Shown here piece after piece: positions 37,650 to 49,637 of a stretch of DNA of 64,000 bases (its first letter is position 1; each line of letters starts with the position of its first letter). The notes under the pieces are model-generated. The model ran no database searches and was not told the DNA's origin. It worked only from the letters and a program-made list of their open reading frames with translations. Origin of the DNA: Pristiophorus japonicus (Eukaryota); contig NC_091977.1 in assembly GCF_044704955.1 (NCBI RefSeq), positions 261,702,001-261,766,000 of the forward strand. The letters run 5' to 3'. The position numbers and the translations under genes are program-made.

Positions 37650-40600
37650 TGTCATGTACATACATGCAGGTTGTAGCCACCAGATGGCATCATTGTTGGA
37701 GGCCACTGAGCAGCACGCATATGGCCAGCCATTTTGTGAGTCAGGCACTTTGGGACTAAATAAAGCACAGACAAGGTTGTACATTGCTTCGTTAAACAGT
37801 ACTTTGTTTGAACCTTTATCGTTTACATAACATTTGGCGATGAGAATGAAAGAACCTTTATTTGCAAAATGAGCACGATTGGATTTTTAGAGCGATTCAT
37901 GAAGGGAGACCATTGGGCAGACTTTGTGAGCTGTTTGAACCAGTACTTCGTGGCCAACAAAATGAAGGGGGCCGACGATGCAGATCAGCACCAGGCTGTG
38001 TTCCTCACTGTGTGCGGTTCAAAGATCTACAGTCTGGTAAAGAATCTACTCATGCCTAGTTATCCAACAGAGAAAACGTACAAGGAGTTGTGTACATTGG
38101 TACGGGAGCACCTCAAGCCAGACGACGGCATCATCATCTCGAGGTGCAAGATTTATACACACGTTTGATCGGACGGCCAGAGCGCGGCGCAACTCGTTGC
38201 CGACCTGAGATGTCTAGCGGGACGGGGTTGTCAGACATGTTGCGGGACTTCTTTGTTATCGGTATCAACCACGAGGTGATCCTGCACAAACTTCTGGTGG
38301 TGGAGGAGTTGGATTTAAAAAGGGCCATCCAGATCACTCAATCATGTGTGACGACGGACAGGAGTTTAAAGCAAATGTCGGTGAAGAACCGAACCTCGGC
38401 AATTACTGTAAATGCAATTGATGAGGCGTTCGGCAGAGCGGCACATGGCAGGGCCTATCCGGCTGCATTCGCGAAACCTGTGGCTGCCCAAAGTCCGCCA
38501 GCGGGAATGTATCTGACTTCTCCGTGTTGGCATTGTGGGGGAAATCATCGGCACCAGCAGTGCCGATTTAAGCAATATAGTTGCAAAGGCTGTCTGAGAG
38601 TGAGGTATCTCCAGCGCAAGTGTCCGCAGATGAGCAAGCGAGCTGTGACGCATCACGTGGAGGATGAGAGTCAGACTAGTGCGGCTCCGGATACGCAATC
38701 CGAGATGCCAGAGGATGAACTGTATGGACTGTACTCTTTCATAACCAAGAGTAAACCAATTTTGAATAATGTGAAGTTTAACGGGTTACCGGTATCAGTG
38801 GAACTGGACATAGGGGCGAGTCAATCGATCATGAACATGAATGAGAGGGCATTTGATAAGCTGTGGGATACTAAGACTGCGCGATCCAGGCTGAGCCCTG
38901 TTAACGCCAAGCTGCGAATGTACACCAAAGAACTGATAAAGGTGACTGGCAGTGCACAAATTAATGTAGAGTATAACGGTACGGTTCACGAGTTACCGCT
39001 GTGGATTGTTCCAGGCAATGGCCCAACGCTGCTCGGCAGGAGCTGGTTGGAGGAAATCAGATGTGACTGGAATGACATAAAGGTGTTGTTGTCGGATGAA
39101 GATACATGTGCCCAAGCATTGAGCAAGTTCGAACCGGGGATCGGCAACTTCACGGCAGCCAAGGTGCAGATCTATGTGGACTCAGATGCAAGACCCATCC
39201 ATCATAAAGCTCGGGCAGTGCCGTATATGGTGAGGGAGGTCAAAATTGAACTGGACAAACTCCAGCATGAAGGGATCATATCACCGGTTGAATTTAATGA
39301 ATGGGCCAACCCCATTGTTCCTGTGCTGAAAAGTGATGGCACAGTCAGAATCTGTGGAGACTACAAGGCTACGATCAACAGGGTTTCGAAACAAGATCAG
39401 TACCCATTACCAAAGGCTGATGAACTGTTTGCGACGCTAGCCGGAGGGAAGTCATTCACAAAACTGGACTTGACTTCGGCCGATATAACGCAAGAGTTGG
39501 TCGAGACGTCAAAGAGACTTTAGTGCATTAACACACACAAAGGACTGTTTATTTACCACAGGTGCCTGTTTGGAATTCGCTCGGCTGCAGCAATATTCCA
39601 GAGGAATATGGAAAGTCTACTGAAGTTCGTTCCCAGAACTGTCGTGTTCCAAGATGACATCCTGATCACCGGTCGTGACTCCAAGGAATATCTGAACAAC
39701 CTGGAAGAGTTTCTACTGCGTTTGGACAGAGTGGGACTCAGACTTAAATGCTCAAAGTGCGTCTTCATTGCACCGGAGGTCGAATTCCTCGGGAGGAAAA
39801 TCGCCGCTGATGGCATCAGACCTACTGACGTGAAAACCAAAGCTATCAAGAATGCACCCAAGCCACAGAACGTGACGGAGCTGCGTTCATTCCTGGGTCT
39901 ACTCAACTACTTTGGTAACTTCCTACCTAAATTGAGCACTTTACTTGAACCACTGCACATGCTATTGAGAAAAAGCAACAACTGGGTTTGAGGCGCATTG
40001 CAAAACAGAGCTTTCAAGAAAGCCACCAATCTGCTTTGCTTGAACAAGCTGCTGGTACATTATGACCCATGTAAATGTTTAGTTTTGGCCTGTGATGCAT
40101 CGTCATATGGAATTGGTTGCGTGTTACAACAAGCCAATGAGTCGGGGAAACTTCAACCTGTCACGTATGCATCCAAATGTTTGTCTAAAGCCGAAAGAGC
40201 CTATAGTATGGTAGAAAAAGAAGCTTTAGCACGTGTGTACAGTGTTAAAATGATGCATCAATAACTGTTCGGTCTGAGATTTGAATTAGAGACCGCTCAT
40301 TTTGTTGTTTTCCGAGAACAAAGGTACCAATACCAACTCTTCATCCCGTATCTAAAGGTGGGCGCTGACATTATCTGCCTATGATTATGTCATTCACCAC
40401 AGACCTGGCACAGAGAATTGTGCCGATGCTTTGAGCCGGTTGCCATTGCTCACCGGAGGTGGAAACGCCACAACCGGCAGATTTAATGTTAATCATGGAT
40501 GCTTCTGAGAGTGAAGGTAGCCCTGTCACGGCTCAACAATTCAAGACCTGGACCAGCCAGGACCCGATTTTATCGGTGGTAAAGGGTTGCATCCTCAAAG

Positions 40601-42111
40601 GGGATTGGTCTGCCATACCTAAGCAAATGTGCGAGGAGGCAAGGGCGTACATTCGTCGCAAGGACGAACTGTATATTCAAGCAGATTGCATATTGTGGGG
40701 CAATTGAGTGTAATGCCTAAGAAAGGAAGAGAGAAGTTTGTGCGTGAGTTACACAGCACACATCCTGGTATAGTGATGATGAAGGCCATCACCAGGTCCC
40801 ACGTATGGTGGCCAGGAATTGATTCTGAGCTGGAAGCATGCATGCATCAGTGCCACACCTGCATGCAGCTCAGCAAAGCACCAGCGGAATCGCCGCTGAG
40901 TCTGTGGTCATGGCCATCCAAACCTTGGTCCTGGATCCATGTAGATGGTCCAGGATCCATGTAGGTCCCTTCCTGGGCAAGATGTTTTTAGTGGTGGTGG
41001 ATGCTTATTCGAAGTGGATAGAATGCATAATCATGTCATCCAGTATGTCCACAGCAACCATAGAGAATCCCAATGTAATGTTTGCGACACATGGTCTGCC
41101 TGACATAGTGGTGAGCGACATTGGGTCGTGCTTCACCAGTCAGGAGTTTGTAAAACTTAACGGCATAAAACATGCAAGGTCAGCACTATTCAAGCTTGCA
41201 TCCAACGGGCAAGCAGAACATGCAGTACAAATTATCAAGCAAAGCATGAGGAGGGTAACCCAAGGGTCACTGCAGACCCGCTTGTCTTGCATACTGCTGA
41301 GTTACAGGACAAGACCCCACACACTCACAGGGGTCTCGCCTGCTGAACTCATGATGAAAAGAGGTCTTAAGACCAAATTATCTCTTGTATACTCTGATTT
41401 AAGTAATCATGCTGAATACAGAAGACAGAGTCAACAAGGGTACCATGATCGCGCAACTGTATCATGCGAGATTTCTGTTAATGATCCTGTACATGTATTG
41501 AATTATGGTCAGGGTCCCAAATAGATCGCTGGTACGGTCATGGCCAAGGAGGGCAACAGGGTTATTAAGCTCAAGAATGGGCAAACTTGCAGAAAACACA
41601 TGGATCAAAAAAGCAGAGGCACACAGACGAGCCAGAGCAGTCGGACGAAGAAACTGTCGATGACCAACCAACCTACCAGCAGCCTTCAGTGGACTCAAGG
41701 TTCATCAATGAACCCGGAATTTCCATCACGGACTTGTTCAATAAAAATGGACTTGCAATTCCTGACATGGCCACTTCCACCCCCAACAAGTCAGCCATCC
41801 AGCCACCAGCCACATCAGACTCCGTACACTCACCCAAGGCCAGAATTGAACTGAAACGGTCAACCCAGGAGCGTAAAGCACCTGACCGTCTCAACCTGTG
41901 AAAGAGAATGTTATGTATGCAATAAAGGTTCAAACTGAGTATTGTTTAATTAAGCAAGGTACGACCTTGCATGTGTTTTATTTAGTCCCAAAGTGCCTGA
42001 CTCACAAAATGGCTGGCCTTTTTTACCCGAGCAGCACCATATGCGTGCTGCTCAGTGGCCTCCAACAATGACGCCATCTGCTGGTTACAAACCGCATGTA
42101 CATACGTGACA
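37650..42111 (+). mobile_element. Gypsy (Mag-like) gag-pol element flanked by INVERTED LTRs
   Basis: 37650-37832 is the reverse complement of 41909-42111 (the latter with a 20-bp extra segment). TSD CCATC on both sides; PBS TGGCGATGAG at 37835. Gag-PR-RT-RH-IN remnants span 37869-41901. Confidence 0.92.
37869..41901 (+). pseudogene. Gypsy gag-pol polyprotein, disrupted
   Basis: MSTIGFLERF gag start, CWHCGGNH, LDIGAS, WANPIVPVLK, RICGDYK, FTKLDL, FQDD, CDASSYG, HPGIVMMK, VVDAYSKW, end RKAPDRLNL. Multiple stops and frameshifts. Confidence 0.9.
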
Positions 42112-42381
42112 CCATCCTTGGTCTCCTACACTGTTCCAGCAAAGCTCAACGCAAGCTCGAGGAACAGCACCTCATCTTTCGTTTAGGCACTTTGCAGTCT
42201 TCAGGACTCAACATCGAGTTCAACAATTTCAGAGCGTAATCGCTACCGATCTTTGGCTCCCTTTCCACTCCGCCTCCTCCCCCCCACCCCGAGCCTGTTT
42301 ATTTTTTTCTCCTTGTCTCTAATGCCAGCTGGTCATTATTCCACCATTCACACCCTATCTTGACTAATGTTTTTCTAACTC

Positions 42382-42418
42382 CTGACGAAGGGTCGTTGAC
42401 CTGAAATGTTAACTTTGT
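42382..42418 (+). ncRNA. Degenerate minimal hammerhead ribozyme of the Penelope terminal repeat
   Basis: CTGACGA, stem II (GGTC GTT GACC), then GAAA at 42403. Lies in the Penelope 3' repeat, where such ribozymes are known to occur. Confidence 0.6.
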
Positions 42419-43779
42419 TTCTCTCTCCACAGATGCTGCCTGACCCGCTGAGATTTCCAGTATTTTCTATTTTTATTCCAGATTCCAGCATCCGCAGTAT
42501 TTTGTTTTTATATATATAAATACAAGTAACAGTCCCAGCACTGACCCCCGGGATTACCATTGTTTTCACCGCTCTAGTTCTGTTTTGTGTCTTTTACCAA
42601 CCTCCTATTCATAGTGCCACATTCCCTGAATACCATGTGCCTTTATTTTATCAACAAGCCCAAGCCTCCTATGACACCTTATCAAACACCTTTTCAAAAT
42701 TCATAAACATAACATCAATGACACTCTCTTTATCGATACACTTCATTATATCTGCGGAGGGCTTTTTGAAATTCATGGGTCATGACTTTCCTTTTACAAA
42801 TCCAAAGCTGGGAGTACATTAACACTACAAAAGTTGTTGCCCCTTCCAGTGTTGCACTCAGCATATTAAGCCTGGCTTTATAGGAAGAAAAGCTTTATGC
42901 ATTGATTTATATTTCATGAATATAGCAGGTACAAGAGTAAGAATGAACTATCTATCATTTTGCTTCCAGAATGCTTAGAATAATGATAGAGGTCAATGAG
43001 CCCACCGCTGCAGAGGTGCTGCTTTGCAGCTCCACTTTCCCACAAATTATTTGTAGCAAAATGAATAATTTACAGATAAGATCACATTCTAACCTAAATT
43101 TGGCACTTAGAAACCCAGACTGTATAGAAAACTATGAATTCTAAATTCCAAGCACTGAGCGTATTTACTGATTACTGAAAACTCATAATTCATGTGGCAT
43201 TTTTAAAGCATCTCTGTCTCCGTAGGATGAATTAAGGAAAAGGTATTTTCCTGAATGAACCCTTTGGAAGTTTTTCCAGTTGCATCAGAATTCCTGTCAT
43301 AGGAGCTGGGATTTGGATTCTCCAGGGGCAGGCGGTAAAGGCTTGTGATATCAAAAATGTTCGACTAGAGCTGTATTTTTATACGGAATGGGCTTTCTGC
43401 AAGAATCTTTTTTGATCACTGCTGGAGAGCACTTTGGGAGCAGTGGGTGGTAATTTTCCCTTTGAAGTTAGTAGTCTGAATGAAGTAATAATTTAATACC
43501 ATAAAATGTTATTGGATTATTTTATAAAATGGAACCCTGGGACAACATGGGTCCAAAATTCAGTACTGCTGGAAAGCTGGTGCTCCCCTAACTTTTTACA
43601 ACCATTGGTGCCAAAAATTTTTCGTGGCTGGGCCACCCCATGTTCAACTCCAAAAGTGAAAAAATGGATTCCAGCACTAATGAACCCTTCCAAAGTGGAT
43701 TTTTCAGCGGTGTGGCTGTCTTAATTTGAGCATTATCACCACTGAGAAATTCAGCATGCAGGTAAGGATTGCCAATGGC

Positions 43780-46329
43780 CAGGGTTTGCAGCAAGGCCCT
43801 GAGGAGGAAAAGAGTTTAAAAGGAGGTTGGAAGGATGTTGGAAGGAGGTTAGAAGGATGACTGGTGTAAGAGGTGCAAGGAGAGCCAACAGGTGGAGCTG
43901 GAGACACTGATGGACAGTGTGGAGGACAGAAGTAGATTACTGTTTCCTGACCTGGGGAGACCTGGCAGACAGGCAGTACATAATGGAGGGAGATTGCAGG
44001 GGAGGTGTCAGGCTCCACCATATATGTGAGGACGCACCCTCCTAGGAGGGTGCTGGCCAGTCTGCACCTGGCCCTTCCAGGCTCAGAGGTGTTCCAGGGC
44101 ATCTTAGAAGGACAGCTGTAGGTCCCAGAAAACAACCACAGCAGCCTTCCCGGACTCATGATGCAGATATAGAGATGACAGTTAGGTGTAGTTTTAGGGT
44201 AGTCACGCGTAACAGGTGTTTTGTGAGATGCACAGGGGTAAAAAATGATTACAGTGTTATATTATTCTTTATGTTCTGTTCTTGTAGTGATTTGGATAAT
44301 TGGATAAATCTTTATTGTTAGCACATATATCTGGCTAGGTGTTTCATCTGGGAGTGGGCAATTCTGTGTTAAGGCACTCATTGCGATGGCCATTGAAAGT
44401 GGTAGCTGAAGGGTCATGTGTAGATAGGATTATCTGATGCTAACAGCTATGAGACGCAGCTGTACCTCCCTTCCAGGGTTGCGATGGGTCGATGCCTCCT
44501 AACTCTGGGGCGACTTAGGTCCTCCCCCTCCTCCTCCTCCTCTTGCTGCGCCTCCTCCTCCTCCTCCTGCTCCTCCTCCTCAGGTGGTACAGCTGTCTCG
44601 ATCTCCAGCGGCTGTCCCCTCATCATGGCCAGATTGGGCAGCATGCAGCAGACCACGATGATTATGGAGACCCGTTGAGGAGAATGCTGCAAACTGCCAC
44701 CAGAGCGGTCCATATACCGGAACCTCTGCTTGAAGATGCCTATGCACTGCTCTATAATGCACCTTGTGGCACAATGAGCTTCATTGTATGCGTGCCCTGG
44801 CACTGTCTTGGGGTTCCGCAGTGGTGTGAGCAGCCAAGTGGACAGGGGATATCCCTTGTCCCCAAACAGCCAACCGCATTCCTGATTCGGGCCGGGGAAG
44901 ACGGCAGGCACACTGGTCTGGCGCACAATGAATGAATCATGGCTGCTGCCTGGGTATTTCGCATCAACCGCCAGGATCCGAAACTGGTGGTCACATACGA
45001 GCTGCACATTCAGTGAGTGTAAGCCTTTGCGGTTGACAAAGATCTTCGGGTGAAGATGTGGTGAACTCAGCCCAACGTGTGTGCAGTCAATGGCACCCTG
45101 CACCCTCGGGAAGCTTGCTATTTGGACAAATCCGAACTGCTGCTCCACCTCTTGTCATCGGGAAGGAGATGTACTGGACCCTTCTCCTGAACAGTGTATC
45201 TGTGACCTGCCGGATACACCGATGTGCCAAAAATTGTGAGATGTTGCAAATGTCTGCAGTGCCAGACTGGAAAGACCCTGTGGCGTAAAAATTCAAGGCC
45301 ATGGTGACCTTGGTCTCCATGGTGAGGACAATCCTGAGGTGTGTTTGAGGCTGCAGATCTCGCAGGACAGTGCAGAGCTCCCTGAGTACTTCTGTCCGAA
45401 ATCGTAGCCTTCGCTCATCACTGAACTGGAGGAAGGAGAACTGAGGTCTGTAGACGCTTTGAGGGTATGGCCTCCTTCCCCCACATCGGTGTTGGCCACC
45501 TCCCCTGGCAGCTGCTTGCTGGCCATCTCCCTGGTCCTCATTATTGGGCTTCATTGGAGTCTCTTGTTGGAAAGGCTCCTCTCCCAGTATTTGGAGAGGC
45601 GGGGTCAGCATCCCTCACCCTCCTCCGGACCAACCTCTCTAGCTGCAGGTCTGCACACATCTGCACACCCTTCTCTCTGTTGTGCAAACATGGCTGCTGC
45701 CTCCCTTGCCCGCTGCCTCTCTGCACGGTGCTGACGGCGATGCCTTCTCCTGCGTGCCACCCTGCGTCTGACCGGGTGTACGAGGTGTCGCCCTCCCAAC
45801 ACTCCTCCCATCCTCAGGGTGAACCCTGCCAAGCAGGACTCTGCAGCCCACAATGAGGCCTACAAGCCTCCACTAAAGAATGAGGCCTGTACAAAAGTCT
45901 TTCAAAACCTCTGAGCAGCACTCAGCAGGTTTAATGGAGCCAAATCAACTTACTGCACATTTAATTAACATTAAAAATTAATGAAACTATTTTCCTACCA
46001 AACGGCCCCAACCACAACAAAACTGCAGCGGTGTCGTGTTCGTGCACCGACTGGAAAACCTCGCGAGGGCACTGCCTTTAGAAGCCCTCCATTTTTGCAG
46101 GTGAATATCGCGGGTGTGACCGTATTCCAGTGGCCTGCCTGCTGATGACCTCACCGCGGCACTAACTCCTTTACCGCAGCTTCACCCCGCCGATTCCAGC
46201 GGAAGTGCGCACCGCTCATCTCCCCCCAAGCTGACTATGGCTCGGGTAGGAAAGGCCGATTGATTCTTTCGATTGGCTGCCCAAACCCCGCTGTAGCCAT
46301 CCCTTCAGGGACGGTGAATTTCGGCCCCC
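43780..46329 (-). mobile_element. Harbinger DNA transposon, decayed (one TIR visible)
   Basis: Transposase pseudogene plus terminus TGAATTTCGGCCCC at 46315-46328. Left boundary uncertain. The GC-rich stretch ~43780-44190 may be the remnant of the second (Myb/SANT) gene; not verified. Confidence 0.75.
44447..45811 (-). pseudogene. Harbinger (HARBI1-like) DDE transposase, frameshifted
   Basis: ALNFYATGSFQ, FPRVQGAIDCTHV, NRKG.HSLNVQLVCD, YPGSSHDS, GDKGYPL, YNEAH..TR.IIE...FKQRFR, spread over three overlapping ORFs. Confidence 0.9.
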
Positions 46330-46384
46330 ATGCCTCTGGACTATAATTCTGGCTTCCTTAGCAGAGGTAGAATTGTTAAATACA

Positions 46385-46590
46385 AAACCGTTAATGCTGG
46401 AAACGTTCAGCAGGTCAGGCAGTGGCTGGGGAGAGAGAAATTGAGTTAACGTCTTGTTTCGATGAGCTTTTGAAGGTCATCAACCTGAACCGTTAACTCT
46501 GTTTCTCTCTCCACAGATGCTGCCTGACCTGCTAAGTGATGGCAGCATTTTTAGTTCTCATTTCAGATTTCCAGCATCTGCAGTACTTTA
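46385..46590. mobile_element. Penelope-derived palindromic non-autonomous remnant
   Basis: CAGCAGGTCAGGCAG...GAGTTAACG / CGTTAACTC...CTGCCTGACCTGCT inverted arms. Matches 42400-42500. Confidence 0.75.
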
Positions 46591-46974
46591 CTCGGGTTGG
46601 AGTTGTTCATTGCTGATGGGCATAAGACCGGGTTACGTTTGGCCTTATCTTCACTTGCAATATTACAGAGCAGCAAAAAAAATGAGGGAAGTTACTGAGT
46701 GCACAAATAGTGTCAGTTAAATTTCCAAAAATATCCTCCTTCCTAGCACAGAGGATATATGAGAAATTTGGCAATTGGCCTTAAAATTAGATGAATGGCC
46801 ACTAAAAAAATCAGTCACTGATGCCAGAAGGGCAATTCCTGCTACGGCTGATAGCATTATCACACTCCTCTCCCGAGCTTCTGAATAGCTTCTCATTGCA
46901 ACTGATTACACTCACCCAAAATGGGTAGAGTTCAGTGATGGGCTACAGTGAGGGCTGAGAAAATGCTGCAAACA

Positions 46975-47237
46975 CTCCTTTAAAATGGAAGTGAGGAGGA
47001 ATTTCTTCTCTCAGAGGGTCGTGAATCTTTGGAATTCTCTATCGCAGAGAGCTGTGGAGGCTGGGTCATTGAATATATTTGACAGATTTTTGAACGATAA
47101 TGGAGTCAAGGGTTATGGGGAGTAGACAGGGAAGTGGAGTTGAGGCCAGGACCAGATCAGCCATGATCTTATTGAATGGCGGAGCAGGCTCAAGTGGCCA
47201 ATGGCCTACTCCTGCTCCTATTTCTTATGTTCTTATG
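46975..47237 (+). mobile_element. CR1 LINE 3' end
   Basis: RNFFSQRVVNLWNSL, 3' UTR hairpin and (TTCTTATG)n tail. Confidence 0.85.
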
Positions 47238-47244
47238 AGCTTGC

Positions 47245-48062
47245 AACATAGAAATATAGAAAATAGGTGCAGGAGTAGGCCATTCGGCCCTTCGAGCCTG
47301 CACCACCTTCAATATGATCATGGCTGATGTGCAACTTCAGTACCCCATTCCTGCTTTCTCTCCATACCCCTTGATCCCTTTAGCTGTAAGGGCCACATCT
47401 AACTCCCTTTTGAATATATCTAACGAACTGGCCTCAACAACTTTCTGTGGTAGAGAATTCCACAGGTTCACAATTCTCTGAGTGAAGAAGTTTCTCCTCA
47501 TCTCAGTCCCTCATCTTATATTCCTTAGACTGTGACCCCTGGTCTTGGACTTCCCCAACATCAGGAACATTCTTCCTGCATCAAACCTGTCCATTCCTGT
47601 CAGAATTTTATATGTTTCTATGAGATCCCCTCTCATTCTTCCAAATTCCAGTGAATATAAGCCTAGTCGATCCAGTCTTTCTTCATATGTCAATCCTGCC
47701 ATCCCAGGAATCAGTCTGGTGAACCTTCACTGCACTCCCTCAATGGCAAGAATGTCCTTCCTCAGATTAGGAAACCAAAACTGAACACAATATTCAAGGT
47801 GTGGCCTCACCAAGGCCCTGTACAACTGCAGTAAGACCTCCCTGCTCTTATACTCAAATCCCCTTGCTATGAAGGCCAACATGCCATTTGCCTTCTTCAC
47901 TGCCTGCTGTACCTGCATGCCAATTTTCAATGACTGATGTACTATGACACCCAGGTCTCGTAGCACCTCCCCTTTTCCTACTGTCACGATTCAGATAATA
48001 TTCTGCCTTCCTGTTTTTGCCACCAAAGTGGATAACCTCACATTTATCTACATTATACTGCA
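47245..48062 (-). mobile_element. CR1 LINE, 5'-truncated
   Basis: YRALVRPHLEYCVQFW, RGDLIETYKIL and (TTTCTATR) tail. Confidence 0.9.
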
Positions 48063-48794
48063 CCTGATGGGCTGTAAGTGACATTCTCTCCCCTTTCGCC
48101 TTTTGTGTCTCATAGCTTTTTATTTCTAATCATTGAAGGTGTAAATTCTTGAACACTCGTTATTATCCAGAACTGCACCGTGTATTCATATTTCTAAATT
48201 ATGCGTATTTTATCCCTTCAATGAGAATTAATGAATGGAATGGATGTATGAAAGAAATCTCCATATCCTGAACATATTACAGCATCTAACTTTGGAGCAA
48301 AATAACAGGTCTGCCACAAAATATTTTCTGCAGTGCACGAGGATAGAAAATCAGTGAATGTGAAAGAAGCAGATTCAGACACAGTCAGCAGACTGATGGT
48401 TGCATTGTGGGTCCCCGAGGTACGCACTGTGAGACTTTTTTTTATCAAGGCAGTCATTCATCATCACTGTCAGAAGTGATGATTAGCTGTTTAAATCACT
48501 TTTGTGGTAGATTGTTGTGGATGTTTACACGGCTATTGCCATGGATGAGGCCCGAATGGCGGAGGGAATCTTACTGAGCACATTGTCACTTTTGATTGTC
48601 ACTTGTATTATTTGAGGTAAGTCCAAGAGAGACAGTTTGGTTCTGGTTATGGTGGAAGGTTTCCTTGCCAGAGTTCACTAGAAGCTTGATTGGACTGAAA
48701 TATATTGTCGGGTTATGTGTTTGGAGAAGGATAGAGATGTTTACAGTATTAGCAGTAGTTACCTTTTTCGTTCTCTTGCGTACTTTCACTGTCT

Positions 48795-48795
48795 A

Positions 48796-48841
<46 letters not shown>

Positions 48842-48848
48842 TCTCTCT
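48795..48848. repeat. (CT)n microsatellite
   Basis: Directly visible. Confidence 0.95.
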
Positions 48849-49637
48849 GGTACTGCTTATTGTGGAAGCTTCTGAGAAACATTTCAAGAGGACAGGTAAT
48901 TATTTGTACAGAAAAATAATCTTATGGCTGGAATGCTAAACAGCATTAGGACTAGTTTGTAATTATATAGAAATTGTGTGTGGGCAATACTATGTGTGCT
49001 GTGGTTAATAAGATGTTCGATATGCAAAGCCAATTGCTTGTTGTCGTTCATCGTAGATTTATAGACTGCTTTCTCCAAATCTCATTGACCAGATTGTGCA
49101 GTCAATTTCACTTGAGTAAATATATCTGTTAAGTGACCAGAAACTGAAAATGTAATCTATTTTCTGTTCATTTGGATCATTCCTTCTCATTAAATAACTT
49201 GTTGGTGAAAATTCCTTTACAATGGATGAGTTTAGTGTCAGTTATGCATTTAATATATGTATACCCAAGTTGCACTCTCTGTCCAAGTGTCCCATCATTT
49301 GCTGTTTATATGTTGTCTGTTTTCACCCTTGCTCCCCCACACCCTATTTAGGCCCCCGGCCTTTAAATCAGTCCTGTACTCTACTTCCAACTACTGTGAA
49401 TGTCCCCAGAACCTGTCCAGTAGGAACAATGAAAAGGTGAATTTCCACAGTGATTCTTCCTTGACTTCAGCAGAAGAGTTGTGGAAAAGCCAAAAAACAT
49501 ATAAGCACCACTTACACTGCTTTTTCCAGGGGTTCTGTAGTATATCCGCCAAAATTGCAGGAGAGCCCCCAAGGAAATTCATCCCTCAACTATTCAAGTC
49601 TCACTTCTAGTTTTCTCTCTCTCAATCGCGAGAGACC

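Larger units (their letters stand above)
35593..42510 (+). mobile_element. Penelope-like retroelement with inverted 5' partial repeat; hosts SINE and Gypsy insertions
   Basis: RT remnants GVAMGTRMGPSYA and WYIDD (36700-36840). GIY-YIG endonuclease at 37528-37649 plus 42117-42239. 35593-36278 is an inverted copy of the endonuclease and 3' region. Confidence 0.88.

Noticed and set aside
37650-42111. DIRS element or chromosomal inversion as the explanation for the inverted repeats
   Set aside because: It encodes a DDE integrase and protease, has a PBS and a 5-bp TSD, has no tyrosine recombinase, and the flanking Penelope sequence is collinear.
44447-45811. Domesticated host gene HARBI1
   Set aside because: Frameshifted, retains a TIR, and has a low-complexity acidic tail; it is a transposon copy.
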